Shown in pieces: positions 52,215 to 63,090 of a stretch of 64,000 nt of DNA. The notes under the pieces are model-generated. The model ran no database searches. It was not told where the DNA came from and saw only the letters and a program-made list of their open reading frames with translations. The stretch comes from Chiloscyllium plagiosum (lineage: Eukaryota). The stretch spans positions 10,752,047 to 10,816,046 of the forward strand of contig NC_057750.1 in the NCBI RefSeq assembly GCF_004010195.1. The letters run 5' to 3'. Both the position numbers and the translations under genes were made by a program. How positions within the stretch are numbered: position 1 is the stretch's first letter; each line of letters begins with the position of its first letter.

Positions 52215-53270
52215 ATCCAGTGGTATTATCAGTTGACTATTAATGCAGAGACCCAGATAATGTTCTGGGTCTCGGTTCAAATCCTGGCAGATGGTGGAAT
52301 TTGAATTCAAAAAGAAAATCTGGGATTAAGAGTCTAATGATGACCATGAATCCACTGTTGACTGTCAGAAAAACCTATCTGGTTCATTAAAATGTCCTTT
52401 AGGAAAGGAAACTGCCATCCTTATCTGGTCTGAACTACATGTGATTCCAGACTGTTATGAAGGTGTACAAGTCCTGTACCTTTAAGAGAGTTGAAAGGCT
52501 GGCAAGGACTTAGCAAGCACACAGAGTACTGGAAAATTTAAAATGTAACATTTGGTCAAACAGCTAGCAGTAGCTGGGTTGCTATGAGACAAAAACAAAT
52601 TCAAATTCAGCCAATCAGTTTAAGTTATGCCCCAAGATTCCAAACACCAATCAAGTTTGAATTTAGTATTTTGACAGTATTAAAACCAATGAAATGAACC
52701 GGTATTTTGGGGTATAAAACTGGAAAAAAATTGAACAGTTGATGGAGAACTGCCAAGCCACCAACAAGTGCAGACTGCCAGCAGTACTGCTCTCTGAGAG
52801 GTGCCTGTCTATAAGTTTGTGCAGCAGAACGTCGAGGCCGACCTGGAGAGAGAATCTACAGAGGAAAATCTACCGAGAAAACTCGGCAAAGCTGACTGGT
52901 TTTGAAACGTGTTTTTTTTAATTCGTAATGGGGATTTTTTAAATTGGACTATTACTGGAGAGTGGGAGGTAAAAGATAGGTTTAAGAGAAAGGAGTTGTA
53001 AATAGTTGTTAGCTAATATTCTTTGTTAGACTTACAGAATAAAGTTGTTAATTTTTACTTTAAATAGTGACTTTTGGGATAGTTCTTTGCCTTTCGATTT
53101 TTAACAGATTACACCACGGGGTGATTTTTTTCTGTGTTGCTGGTCTAAATAAGCAGAGGGGTTTACCCTGTGTCATAACACAGACCCACAGTAATGTGGT
53201 TGACTCTGACCTGCTCTCTGGGATCAGCAATAAATGCTAAGTCAGGGATGCCCTCATCCTGTGAACAGAT
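52215..53270 (+). mobile_element. tRNA-like SINE sharing its 3' tail with the second CR1-like family, split by a solo LTR
   Basis: agtggtattatc..ggttcaaatcc head; gtgattccagac|ccacagtaatgtggttgactct continuity across the insert; aataaatgct..gatgccctcatcc tail. Confidence 0.65.
52453..53180 (+). mobile_element. Solo LTR (728 bp)
   Basis: Termini tgttatga...tcataaca, perfect 5-bp TSD cagac (52448-52452, 53181-53185), CCAAT, TATAAAA and AATAAA in promoter-to-polyA order. Confidence 0.9.
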
Positions 53271-54419
53271 TTTAAAAAATATATATATAGCTTCCACTCC
53301 ACACAAGTGCACCACACCATGAACCCAACTGACAATCATAATTATTCGCGCAATCAGGATTATCCAGCAAATGTTGGCCAACAGGACATATGCTGAGGAT
53401 AAAGCACTGAGTACAGCAGTTGTGCTGCAAAGACCAGGGATCTCCAATGAATCATTCAATCTGGAGGTATCTCAGAGAGAGGTCACATGGCCTAGTTTGT
53501 CAGTGTGTCATATTTTTAAACTCAGGGAGAGATTTTGACTTGTGTGAAGAGCAACAGTCCATTGTTCTCTCTCTCTCTTTCTTAGTACCTTCTCTCAATA
53601 AAGTTTATGAACTGAAAACCCACCAAAAGTCATTTTTACCATTCATGGGAGATTCCTGGGAAGGATACAGTGCAACCTACTCCATCATCTAAAGCAAAAG
53701 GAATTCAGCTGCTCATGCTCCAGGAAGACAGCTCGGTGTCAGCTGAGTTGTGAAGAATAACTAAAGTGAGTGCAGACTAACTAAAGGATTGGAACTCCAT
53801 TTGGCTCTGTGAGTTATTCTTTTCTCATGAGTGTAACTATTACTTGGAGCAAGGTTCTTTAAAGTCAACACCATTTCCATCTCTGCTTCTTTAATTTGCA
53901 TGTGAATATTAGATTTTTTCCTTAAAAAGCATACATACACATTTGCATAAACAATTTGACAGTAATCTTTTTATCTTTGAGCAAATTTGTTTTTGGTGTT
54001 GACTCAACAAATCTGGTTGAATGTTGTCAACATTGAACCTGACACAGTCTGACACCTATATAATTGGTCATACCTCTAATCTGGTTATATTTATTGTGAT
54101 CAGGGGAGGAATAGGACTACAAAAGGAAACAGTGACCCCTCCAACTTTGGTCAGAACAACATTCTTTCTTCTCCCTCCATCTCATTGAAGATGAATTATT
54201 CCTACCCTTCTCCTGCTTTTACCCATTCTTTTTTAGACCATCCAACTCTGGATTTTCCACATTTCAGTGCAAACTCTACACAGACAGTGACGCTAGGCTG
54301 GGATCGTGGCATGCACGCCAGGTCTCACCACTGTTTCTAAGTTAAGCCCCTATTTTGCCAAAAAAGCAGAGTCACTCCATCCTTGTCTAACACTATCTTT
54401 CAGTTGGTTAGATCTGTCA

Positions 54420-54685
54420 GGTAGATAAAAGAGACCTAAGAGGCAACTTTTTCACATAGAGGGTGCTACGTGTATGGAATGAGCTGCCAGAGGATGTGGT
54501 GGAGGCTGGTACAATTGCAACATTTAAAAGGCATTTGGATGGGTATATGAATAGGAAGGGTTTGGAGGGATATGGGCCGGGTGCTGGCAGGTGGGACTAG
54601 ATTGGGTGGGATATCTGGTCAGCATGGATGGGTTGGACCCAAGGGTCTGTTTCCATGCTGTACATCTCTATGACTCCATGACTTC
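54420..54685 (+). mobile_element. CR1/HER1 3' end
   Basis: tggaatgagctgccagaggatgtggtggaggctgg ... ctctatgactccatga tail. Confidence 0.9.
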
Positions 54686-54735
54686 ATCTTCATGTATCTG
54701 GCTCTTAATAAGGAAAGTTTGGTCAGCTTAAAGGA

Positions 54736-54819
54736 AGGGCTTATGCCCGAAACGTCGATTCTCCTGTTCCTTGGATGCTGCCTGACCTGCTGCGCTTTTC
54801 CAACAACACATTTTCAGCA
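54736..54819 (+). mobile_element. 84-bp PLE-terminus insertion (family C), truncated inside the hammerhead
   Basis: agggcttatgcccgaaacgtc...ttttcagca flanked by 12-bp TSD cagcttaaagga (54724-54735, 54820-54831). Confidence 0.8.
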
Positions 54820-54969
54820 CAGCTTAAAGGATGGCAAGTGTGGAAATTGGAAAAGTGTCGCTGCAGAGCAGAAACTTAAGTGAAGTTAGAATTAAAACAC
54901 ACCACTTTGTGGCTTTACTCTGTTTCCAGCCCCATGCTGTACCTCTCCTGGAACCTTACTCCGTACCTA

Positions 54970-55282
54970 GTCATAGAATCCCTACAGTGCGGAAAGAGGC
55001 CTTACAGCCCATTGAGTTTACACCAACCCTCCGAACAGCATCCTACCCTATCCCTTTAACCCTTCATTTACCATGGCTAATTACCTAGCCTGCACATTAC
55101 GGGCAATTTAGCACGGCCAAGCCACCTAACCAGCACATCTTTGGACTGTGGGAGGAAACTGGAACACCTGGAGGAATCCCATGCAAACACAAGGAGAACA
55201 TGTAAACTCCATAGACGCCAAAGGCTGGAACTGAACTCAGGCCCGTGGCACTGTAAGGCAGCAGTGCTAATGACTGAGCTAA
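54970..55282 (-). mobile_element. HE1-type SINE
   Basis: catagaatcc tail at left; reverse-complement head at right. Confidence 0.85.
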
Positions 55283-55316
55283 CCAAGTGAAGCTTGGAGG
55301 CTTCACTTGGAGGTCG

Positions 55317-55356
55317 CCACTGATGATGTTACCTAGCCAGGTAATGAAACGTCTGG
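55317..55356 (+). ncRNA. Minimal hammerhead ribozyme motif in a family-B-like PLE terminus (about 55283-55400)
   Basis: CCA-CTGATGA-T-GTTACCT-AGCC-AGGTAAT-GAAAC-GTC-TGG: canonical core, 7-bp stem II, GUC triplet, stem I CCA/TGG. Confidence 0.85.
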
Positions 55357-55589
55357 ATATGAAACCTACAGCTCAGCGAGCAAACCTACACCCTAAACCC
55401 CTAATACTATGCTGTACTTGTCCTGGAATATGTATGGAGGCAGTATGTGCCTGAAGAGGAAAATAACTGACTCTACAGAGTCTGATCAGGAAAGTTGTTT
55501 GCAGAATGCTCTTGTTGAGAGGTCTGTATAAATCCTGCCCCCTTTTTTAACAGCATTTTGTGATATTTTCGTTCTGAAATATGTGGAAG

Positions 55590-56415
55590 AAAGCTGGGTT
55601 GAGAAGTGGCAGATGGAGTTTAATTCAGATAAATGCGAGCTGCTGCATTTTGGGAAAGCAAATCTTAGCAGGACTTATACATTTAATGGTAAGGTCCTAG
55701 GGAGTGTTGCTGACAAAGAGACCTTGGAGTGCAGATTCATAGCTCCTTGAAAGTGGAGTCGCAGGTAGATAGGATAGTGAAGGAGGTATTTGGTCTGCTT
55801 TCCTTAATTGGTCAGAGTACTGATTATAGGAGTTGGGAGGTCATATTGCAGCTGTACAGGACATTGGTTAGGCCACTTTTGGAACATTGCATGCAATTCT
55901 GGTCTCCTCCCTTTTGGAAGGATGTTGTGAAACTTGAGAGAGTTCAGAAAAGATTTACAAGGATGTTGCTAAGGTTGGAGGATTTGAGCTATAGGGCGAG
56001 GTTGAATTAACTGGGGCTGTTTTCCCTGGAGCATCAGAGGCTAAGAGGTGACCTTATAGAGGTTTATAAAATCATGAGGGGCATGGATAGGATAAATAGA
56101 CAAAGTCTTTTCCCTGGGGTGGGGGATTCCAGAACTAAAGGTTTAGGGTGAGAGGGGAAAGATATAAAAGAGACCTAAGGGGCAACCTTTTCATGGAGTG
56201 GGTGGTATACGTGTATGGAATGAGCTGCCAGAGGAAATGGTGGAGGCTAGTATGATTGCAACATTTAAAAGGCATCTAGACGGGTATATGAATAGGAAGG
56301 GATATGGGCCAGGTGCTGGCAGGTGGGACTAGATTGGGTTGGGATATCTAGTCGGCAAGGACGAGTTGGACCCAAGGGTTTGTTTCCGTGTTGTACATCT
56401 CTATGACCCCATGAT
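55590..56415 (+). mobile_element. CR1/HER1 LINE 3' fragment
   Basis: LYRTLVRPLLEHCMQFWSP..KLERVQKRFTRM and the complete 3' UTR. Confidence 0.93.
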
Positions 56416-56455
56416 GAATGATGTCAGCCAGGAGACCAGAGGCTGGATGAATTTA

Positions 56456-56596
56456 TAGGCGGAAGAGGGTCCTGCAGATGCTGGAGATTAGAGTCAAGAA
56501 TAGAGTGGTGCTGGAAAAGCACAGCAGGTCAGACAGCATCCGAGGAGCAGGAAAATCGACATTTCGGGCAAAAGCCCTTCATCTGGAATGAGGCTA
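56456..56596 (-). mobile_element. Short PLE-terminus insertion (family C-related) with mutated hammerhead
   Basis: Minus CAGATGA-A-GGGC-TTTT-GCCC-GAAAT-GTC; 11-bp TSD ggatgaattta (56445-56455, 56597-56607). Confidence 0.75.
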
Positions 56597-57507
56597 GGAT
56601 GAATTTACATCCAACTTTAGTTTTGCGGATAGATTGAAGAAGTTGGGATCGCTCATCTTGGAGAGAAAACTGAGCGGAGTTTCAATAAAAGTTTTCAAAA
56701 TCATTACCAGGCTGGATAGAGTACAGAGAGAGAAGCTGTTACTGCTCATAAAAGAAAATGAGACAGCATAGACTTAAAATGATCTGCAAAGAAAACTAGG
56801 TTGAAATTAGAATAAACTCTTTCAAATAGCAAATGTGAGGGTAAGGAATGCATTGCTGGTGGTGGAGACAGTTTCAACTGAGGCATTCAAGAGGACTGTG
56901 GATAAATATTTGGATATAAATAGTGTGCAGGAATATGGGGGAAGGCAGGAGATTGGCACTAGGTAATTGAATTGGTGCAAGCATGATAGGTGAAATGGAC
57001 TCCTTCTATGTTTCAACAATTCTGTGAAGATGAATAGTAGTATTGATTCCTGCCAGTGTGTTTGCTACTTCTGTGAGTACCCTGACTCCTCTGAAAAGTT
57101 GCTTCATGCAAGATTGAGAGGTGGTGTTGTCATGGTAATGTTACTGGACTCATAATCCCAAACCCAGACTAATGGTTTGAGCCCCGGCTTCAAAACCCAC
57201 CGTGCAGATGGTGAAATTTGAATGCAACATGTAGCTGGAATTTTAAGAAGAAATAAGCTCACCAAATGGTGACCATGTAATCATTGTTGATTGCTCGAAA
57301 AATTTGGGATGTGGAAGAGGAGGGCTTTTGTGGTGCAATAGTGGTGCCCCTGCCTCTGTGCCTAGTGGTCTGGATTCAAGTTCCATGTGCTCCAGAGTTG
57401 TGTCATAACAGGTTGTTGATAAATAACTATAGCTTGCTGTGACTCATCGGCTTTGAATCCCTAATTTCTTTCCTGTAGACAAGGAACAGAAACGGAGTGT
57501 TGCAATT

Positions 57508-57627
57508 AAGATTAGATTAGATTACTTACAGTGTGGAAACAGGCCCTTCGGCGCAACAAGTCCACACCGACCCGCCAAAACGCAACCCACCCATAACCCT
57601 ACATTTACCCCTTCACCTAACACTACA
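57508..57627 (-). mobile_element. 5'-truncated HE1-type SINE
   Basis: (agatt)n tail plus acagtgtggaaacaggcccttcgg. Confidence 0.85.
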
Positions 57628-57699
57628 ACGCAGACATTTACAAAACCATCAGATGCTCGAGTTTGGAAGGAAATGAGAGCCCATATAGATCTCTTCCCT

Positions 57700-58380
57700 G
57701 TCTCGTTGACTTACTGGACATTTCCTATTGTGATTCTGGAACTTCTGAGGCTACTCATGTAAATGCCAATTCTGATACAGGCGTTTTTAATAAGTTTGTG
57801 CCAAACAGAAAGCTTACACTATTTTTGAGAGTCAAGTGGGCACAACTTTTGCCCAATGATAGGAATGACTGCCTTTCCATTGGGTAACTCATGGTTTTAG
57901 TCTACAATGTTTTTATCCATCCTCTCCTCATAAAAAGTTTCTGGGCCCGATGATGATGATGATGATGATGACTCCCTGTTCCCTGACACTCAGAGTTACT
58001 TTTGCATGGGAGAACCCAACTCCCAAATCTATGATTAATTAACATGTTCTGTAATGAAACCATTTCCTGCCTGATGTTGACAGCCCTTGCAGCATGCAAA
58101 AGCCATTTGGAGCTCTAAGATCGATATTATTGTGGTTAGTCTCATCTCCAATATGTTTTTGTCCGATAAAATAACAGAGTGTCATTGAAAAGAGGCTGAT
58201 AGATCAAGTTCCCATCAAGACAGCAATAACGTGACTTGAATTTTCAGCTCTGAGTTCCAGGAAATCGATGTTGCCTAAGTCATCACCTTCCATTAAGCCA
58301 ATACAAAGATGGTAATACAGAGAAATGAACATACTAATCGACTGGTGCTCCACTTTTGAGAGTACGAGCTGAATCAGATC
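57700..58380 (-). mobile_element. Very old CR1/L2-like RT remnant
   Basis: SMFISLYYHLCIGLMEGDDLGNIDFLELRAENSSH resembles the LIxFYxxxTxxxDEGxxVDxIYLDFxKAFDxVxH block; VREQGVIII resembles xRDLGVIxD; motifs are in the expected order. Confidence 0.4.
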
Positions 58381-59417
58381 ACTTGCGAAAGGATCAAGAA
58401 CATGAGGCATGAATTTCAAATAATTTGCAAATGTGATGCATGACAATAAAACATTTTCATAGAGAAAGTCTAGACTGCACTTCCTGGAAATGTGATGGAG
58501 GCAGGATTTTTTAAATTCATTCACGGGATGTGGGCATTACTGACTAGGCCCAGCATTTATTGTCCATCCCTTGTTGCCCAGAAGGCAGTTGAGAGTCAAC
58601 CGCATTGCTGTGGGTCTGGAGTCACACACAGACCAGACCATGTTAGGATGGCAAATTTCCTAAAAGACTTTAGTGAATCAGATGAGCTTTTCCAGACAAT
58701 CAACAATGCTTACATGATCACAATTAGATTCTTAATTCCAGATTTTTATTGAATTCAAATACCACCATCTACCATGGCAGGATTTGTACCTGTTTCCCAA
58801 AACATTACCTGGGATTTTTGATTAATGGTCTAATAGTAATACCACTAGGCCTTCACCCCAATGCATTTAATAGGGCATTTGATTGTTATTTGGAAAGAAA
58901 CAATATGCAAGGGTCACAGGGAAAAGGCAGGAGCTTGGCATTATGTCATGATGCTGATTTGGAGAGACACAGTGAACACAATGGGTCAAATGGCCCCCTT
59001 TTGCATCATAACACCTCTGTGATTCTGATAGCTCATCTGCCAGTTTGATTTTTGTTTCCTTCTGAAGCATCAACTGTCTATTTGGCAATCAATGAACATG
59101 GGGAGTGGGTAGGAATGTGGTCTTGAAGCCTGTGGTCAGTCATGATTATACTGAATGGCACAGCAGGCTCAGTTGGGCTGAATGGTCAACTCCTTCTTGC
59201 ATCTCATCTTCCCTAATTTTAATCATTTTATTTGGTGGCCATATGTCCATACCTTGATCCTAGGTTCTGGAAATCTTTTCCTAAAACTTTCTCTTAAGGA
59301 AGCTCCTTAAAACCTTTCTTTTTGATCACATAACACCTATCTGACTGGGTGACAAGGTTTATTTGATGAGCAACACCACCCCACCCCACCCGACCACAAA
59401 GAGTTCTTGGACATGTT

Positions 59418-59641
59418 AGCTGAAAATGTGTTGCTGGAAAAGCGCAGCAGGTCAGGCAACATCCAGGGAACAGGAGAACCGACGTTTCGGGCATAAGCCC
59501 TTCTTCAGGAAGGGCTTATGCCCGAAACGTCAATTCTCCTGTTCCCTGGATGCTGCCTGACTTGCTGCGCTTTTCCAGCAACACATTTTCAGCTCTGATC
59601 TCCAGCATCTGCAGACCTCACTTTCTCCTCAAAGATTTCAT
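59418..59641. mobile_element. Fold-back PLE-terminus insertion (family C), 86-bp arms
   Basis: 59418-59503 is the reverse complement of 59509-59594 with 4 mismatches by eye; possible TSD catgtta. Confidence 0.88.
59479..59511 (-). ncRNA. Minimal hammerhead ribozyme motif (family C)
   Basis: CTGAAGA-A-GGGC-TTAT-GCCC-GAAAC-GTC; stem I weak. Confidence 0.8.
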
Positions 59642-60269
59642 CATGTTAAACATACAAAAACAATTTGCATTCCTATAGTGCACTTAATGCAATAGAAGTC
59701 CCATATTGTAAGCAAGATAGCCTTTGGCAGAGTGATCAAAACCAACAGCCAAAATTGGAGAGGTGCTGCAGTGATTGGAATGAGGGCCAGGTGCATCTGT
59801 GAGTATGAGAACACTGACTGGGGTTGTTAGCCTGGGCCAATCAGGGATTGCATATTTGATGAGATCCACCTGACCCTTCTTCCAATCACTGCAGGCACAG
59901 AATCTCAGAAGGATGTAGACCTGGAGGAGGAAAGGAAGGGGGATTTGATCACAAAGGTAAGAATTTGAGGCAAAGTCAGATGAGGAGCCAACATAGGGAG
60001 GCAAGCTCAGTGGGACAATAGATTTGGTGCCAGTCATGACACATTCAGCAGGGTCTTAAGTGTGCTCAACTTTACCAAGGCTGCAAGCTGGATCTAAGGC
60101 ATCTTCAGGAATCTTCCCTTCAGCCAACAGCTGCAGCCATGCCTCTAGCCTCCTAGGCCTAATTCTCATCCTCATCTGTATTTTTGTACAAGGTGAACTG
60201 TACCAATGATACAACGCCTCCTTCTGACATCAACAAGAACATTTTCTCCAGTTTACTCACCAAGGACAT

Positions 60270-60670
60270 GAAAACTATAGAGACTAGATGGATTGGGGCT
60301 GTTTTCCTTAGGACAGAGGCGAATGAGGGGGAATCTGATTGGAGGTATACAAAATCATGAGGAGGATAGATATGAAGAAAATTTTCTCCTTCGTAGAGGG
60401 ATAAATAACCAGGGGGGACATAGGTTTAAGGTAATGGGCAGAAGGTTCAGAAGGGATTTTGGGAAGAGTTTTCTTTCCCACAAGTGGTGGATATCTGGAA
60501 CCCACTGCCTGAAGGGGTACAGAAGGCAGGAACCATCACAATATTTAAGAAGTATTTATACCAGCACTTGAAATCCACAGAATATAAGACTATGGGCCAA
60601 GTGCTGGAAAATGCCATTTTCATGGTCATGATGGGCCAAAGGGACTCTTTCTGCACTGCATATAACTTAT
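60270..60670 (+). mobile_element. Old CR1 3' fragment
   Basis: GLFSLGQRRMRGNLI..GHRFKVMGRRFRRD; IWNPLPEGVQKAGTITIFKKYL. Confidence 0.85.
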
Positions 60671-60799
60671 GAATATGGCCCAATTGGATCTTCTCACACA
60701 ACTATCTTTTAGCACCTCTTCCCTCCAAAGTTTGGGCGAAGATTTGTAGCTCGGGTGCTCGTTGTTGTGGTTCTGTTCGCTGAGCTGGAAATTTTTGTT

Positions 60800-60839
60800 G
60801 CAAACGTTTCGTCCCCTGTCTAGGTGACATCCTCAGTGC
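60800..60839 (-). ncRNA. Minimal hammerhead ribozyme motif (family A)
   Basis: Same 40 nt as 12095-12134. Confidence 0.8.
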
Positions 60840-60958
60840 TTGGGAGCCTCCTGTGAAGCGCTTCTGTGGTGTTTCCTCCGGCAACCGGAAGTGGCAGGGA
60901 CAGGCCACTATAAATGCCGGAGGAAACACCACAGAAGCGCTTCACAGGAGGCTCCCAA

Positions 60959-60998
60959 GCACTGAGGATGTCACCTAGACAGGGGACGAAACGTTTGC
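60959..60998 (+). ncRNA. Minimal hammerhead ribozyme motif (family A)
   Basis: GCA-CTGAGGA-T-GTCACCTAGACAGGGGAC-GAAAC-GTT-TGC on the plus strand. Confidence 0.8.
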
Positions 60999-63090
60999 AA
61001 TAAAAATTTCCAGCTCGGCGAACAGAACCACAACAACCTCTTCCCTCCTTTCCAGAAGTAAGGAAAAAAGGTTTAATAAAACAGCAGCAGATACATGGGA
61101 ACACCACTACCTTCAAATTCCGCTCCAAGCCATTCGCCATTTTGACTTGCAAATATATTACCACTCCTTCACTATCTCTGGGTCAAAATCCTGGAATTCC
61201 CTCCTTAATGCTACTGTGCTTTAACCTGCAGCAGGTGGACTACAGCAGTTCAAGAAGGCAGCTCACCACTAGCTTCTCAAGGGCACCAGGGTTGGGCAAT
61301 AAATGCTGGCCTAGCCAGCAATGTCCACATCCCACATGTGAATAGAAAGAATGTACTTGTCATACTGAACCTCTGTTGAGACATATATCGGACCAGTATG
61401 CTGGGGTATTTTGGCTTATTACTCCTCTCTGCTCCCCTCATCTATTCCACTTACCCACTCCTACTTTGATCTGCCCCTACGGTGATATGGAGACAAAGCC
61501 TGGAGCATTACTAGCTTTCCCAGGAGCCAGGGATAGTTAACCCACAAGTGGTGTAGATGGGTGATGACAGAGGATTCTGTGCAAAACCCCCTCTAGTTTC
61601 ACCTCAGACAACAGCTAGTGTGCGGATGGCAGTTGGCAGCTGTGGGAGGCGACAAGCTGCACCAGCTCTGAGCTGTCAGGCATGGTGACCCTGAGAAGTT
61701 ATTGGTAAAGACAGCAGCCATGCCAGTTGTCTCTGAAAGGTCACTTGGCGTTTTCAAACAACATCTTTCACTTGTGGCAAGGCAGTGATTTATGTTCAGA
61801 AAATAATCCGTTTATTTTGGAGACATGAGCTGAGGAGGTCTTGTTTACCCCAGAGTGGACCACATCAAGGACTCCCACAGCCAAGTCATGACCATGAGTG
61901 GCCTCTTGGGACAAGTTGGAAATGCTTGAGATCTCAGTGGGATGGTGAGGTCACTGCCTCATTGGAGTAACACGAGTGGCACATTACTTTGAACCTGTGA
62001 AGAATCCTCGTGCCCCCCAGTCGTGTTCCATGATGTGGCTCCTGAAGCAACCAAAATTGTCTGTTATGTCAGCTTTGTATCTCCCTTTGACACAGCATCA
62101 AAGCCCACAGAGCAGGGTTCAGAGTTATAAGCCACATACTTGAGGTTTCACCACAACCCAGAAACAAATTTGGTTTCAAATCATCAAACCAAGTCCCATA
62201 TCACAAATAGACAAGTGACTATAGTTACAGAACAGCTTGAGGGGCTCAGTGACTGACTATTTTCCAAAAAAATTCCTAACTCCTTCTAACTACCCTTCCA
62301 TAGTCAAAATCTCACAGTCATGAGCTCAAACTCCTCTCCAGAGTCTGGACCATATCGTCTAGGTCAACACTGATTCAGATGAGATGTCAAGCCGTGGCCT
62401 CCCTGTACGTACATTACCCCCGCTCATCTCCTGTCTCTGATGTCCCAGCAGGCAAGTTTCTCTACCCATTTCCTGACCAAAATCTATCCCCCTAACAAAT
62501 ACACGATGCAGATAATATGATCATGTATTACATTGTGGTTTGTGGAATCTTATTGTATCTGGAACAATGACAATTCGGTGATTGAAAAGCATTCTGGGAC
62601 ATTCTGCAGTAAGGCAGGTTTTATGATTAGTTCGTTTTTATTCTTCTCAGCTCCACGTGGCAGTCGGCTGTCAAAATGTTTAAACTTGTCTCTGGTTTTG
62701 AAACACCTCTTCTGTGTTTGAATAATTTTATTTCATTTTCAGGATTCTATATTTCCTGCAACACTTGGTGGGGTGAAAATTATTTAAGAATATACTTTAG
62801 CCAGGGGTATATATGGGCAAAACACATATTGGATTCTTGGTCCCATTGGGAAGGGGGCAGGACCAGAAAGCAAAGACAGTTGTGAAATTCTGCCAATTCT
62901 TTATTCTTGGATGCCAGATGGGGAGGAGCAAGCCTTGCCTAACACCCTATAAATAGTCTTTAAAGCCACTTGAAAGCTTAAGGCCTATTCATGAACACTG
63001 ACTATTTTCAATTGGGCCTCCAGGCTCATGCAGCCTGACTGGGTGTAGGAGTAACCACAATCTTGTCCTTGAAAGGAGCTCTTTGACGAG

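Larger units (their letters stand above)
60727..61037. mobile_element. Fold-back PLE family A insertion, 123-bp inverted arms
   Basis: Arms 60761-60883 and 60915-61037; left part near-identical to 12021-12180; TSD acctcttccctcc at 60714-60726 and 61036-61048. Confidence 0.93.

Noticed and set aside
53460..54160. Possible second solo LTR
   Set aside because: LTR-like composition and 3' end, but no matching 5' terminus or TSD found.
57938..58038. Apparent plus-strand terminal exon SGPDDDDDDDDSLFPDTQSYFCMGEPNSQIYD*
   Set aside because: The poly-Asp is a (GAT)7 microsatellite, and the opposite strand fits an old LINE RT motif (VREQGVII); no supporting exons.
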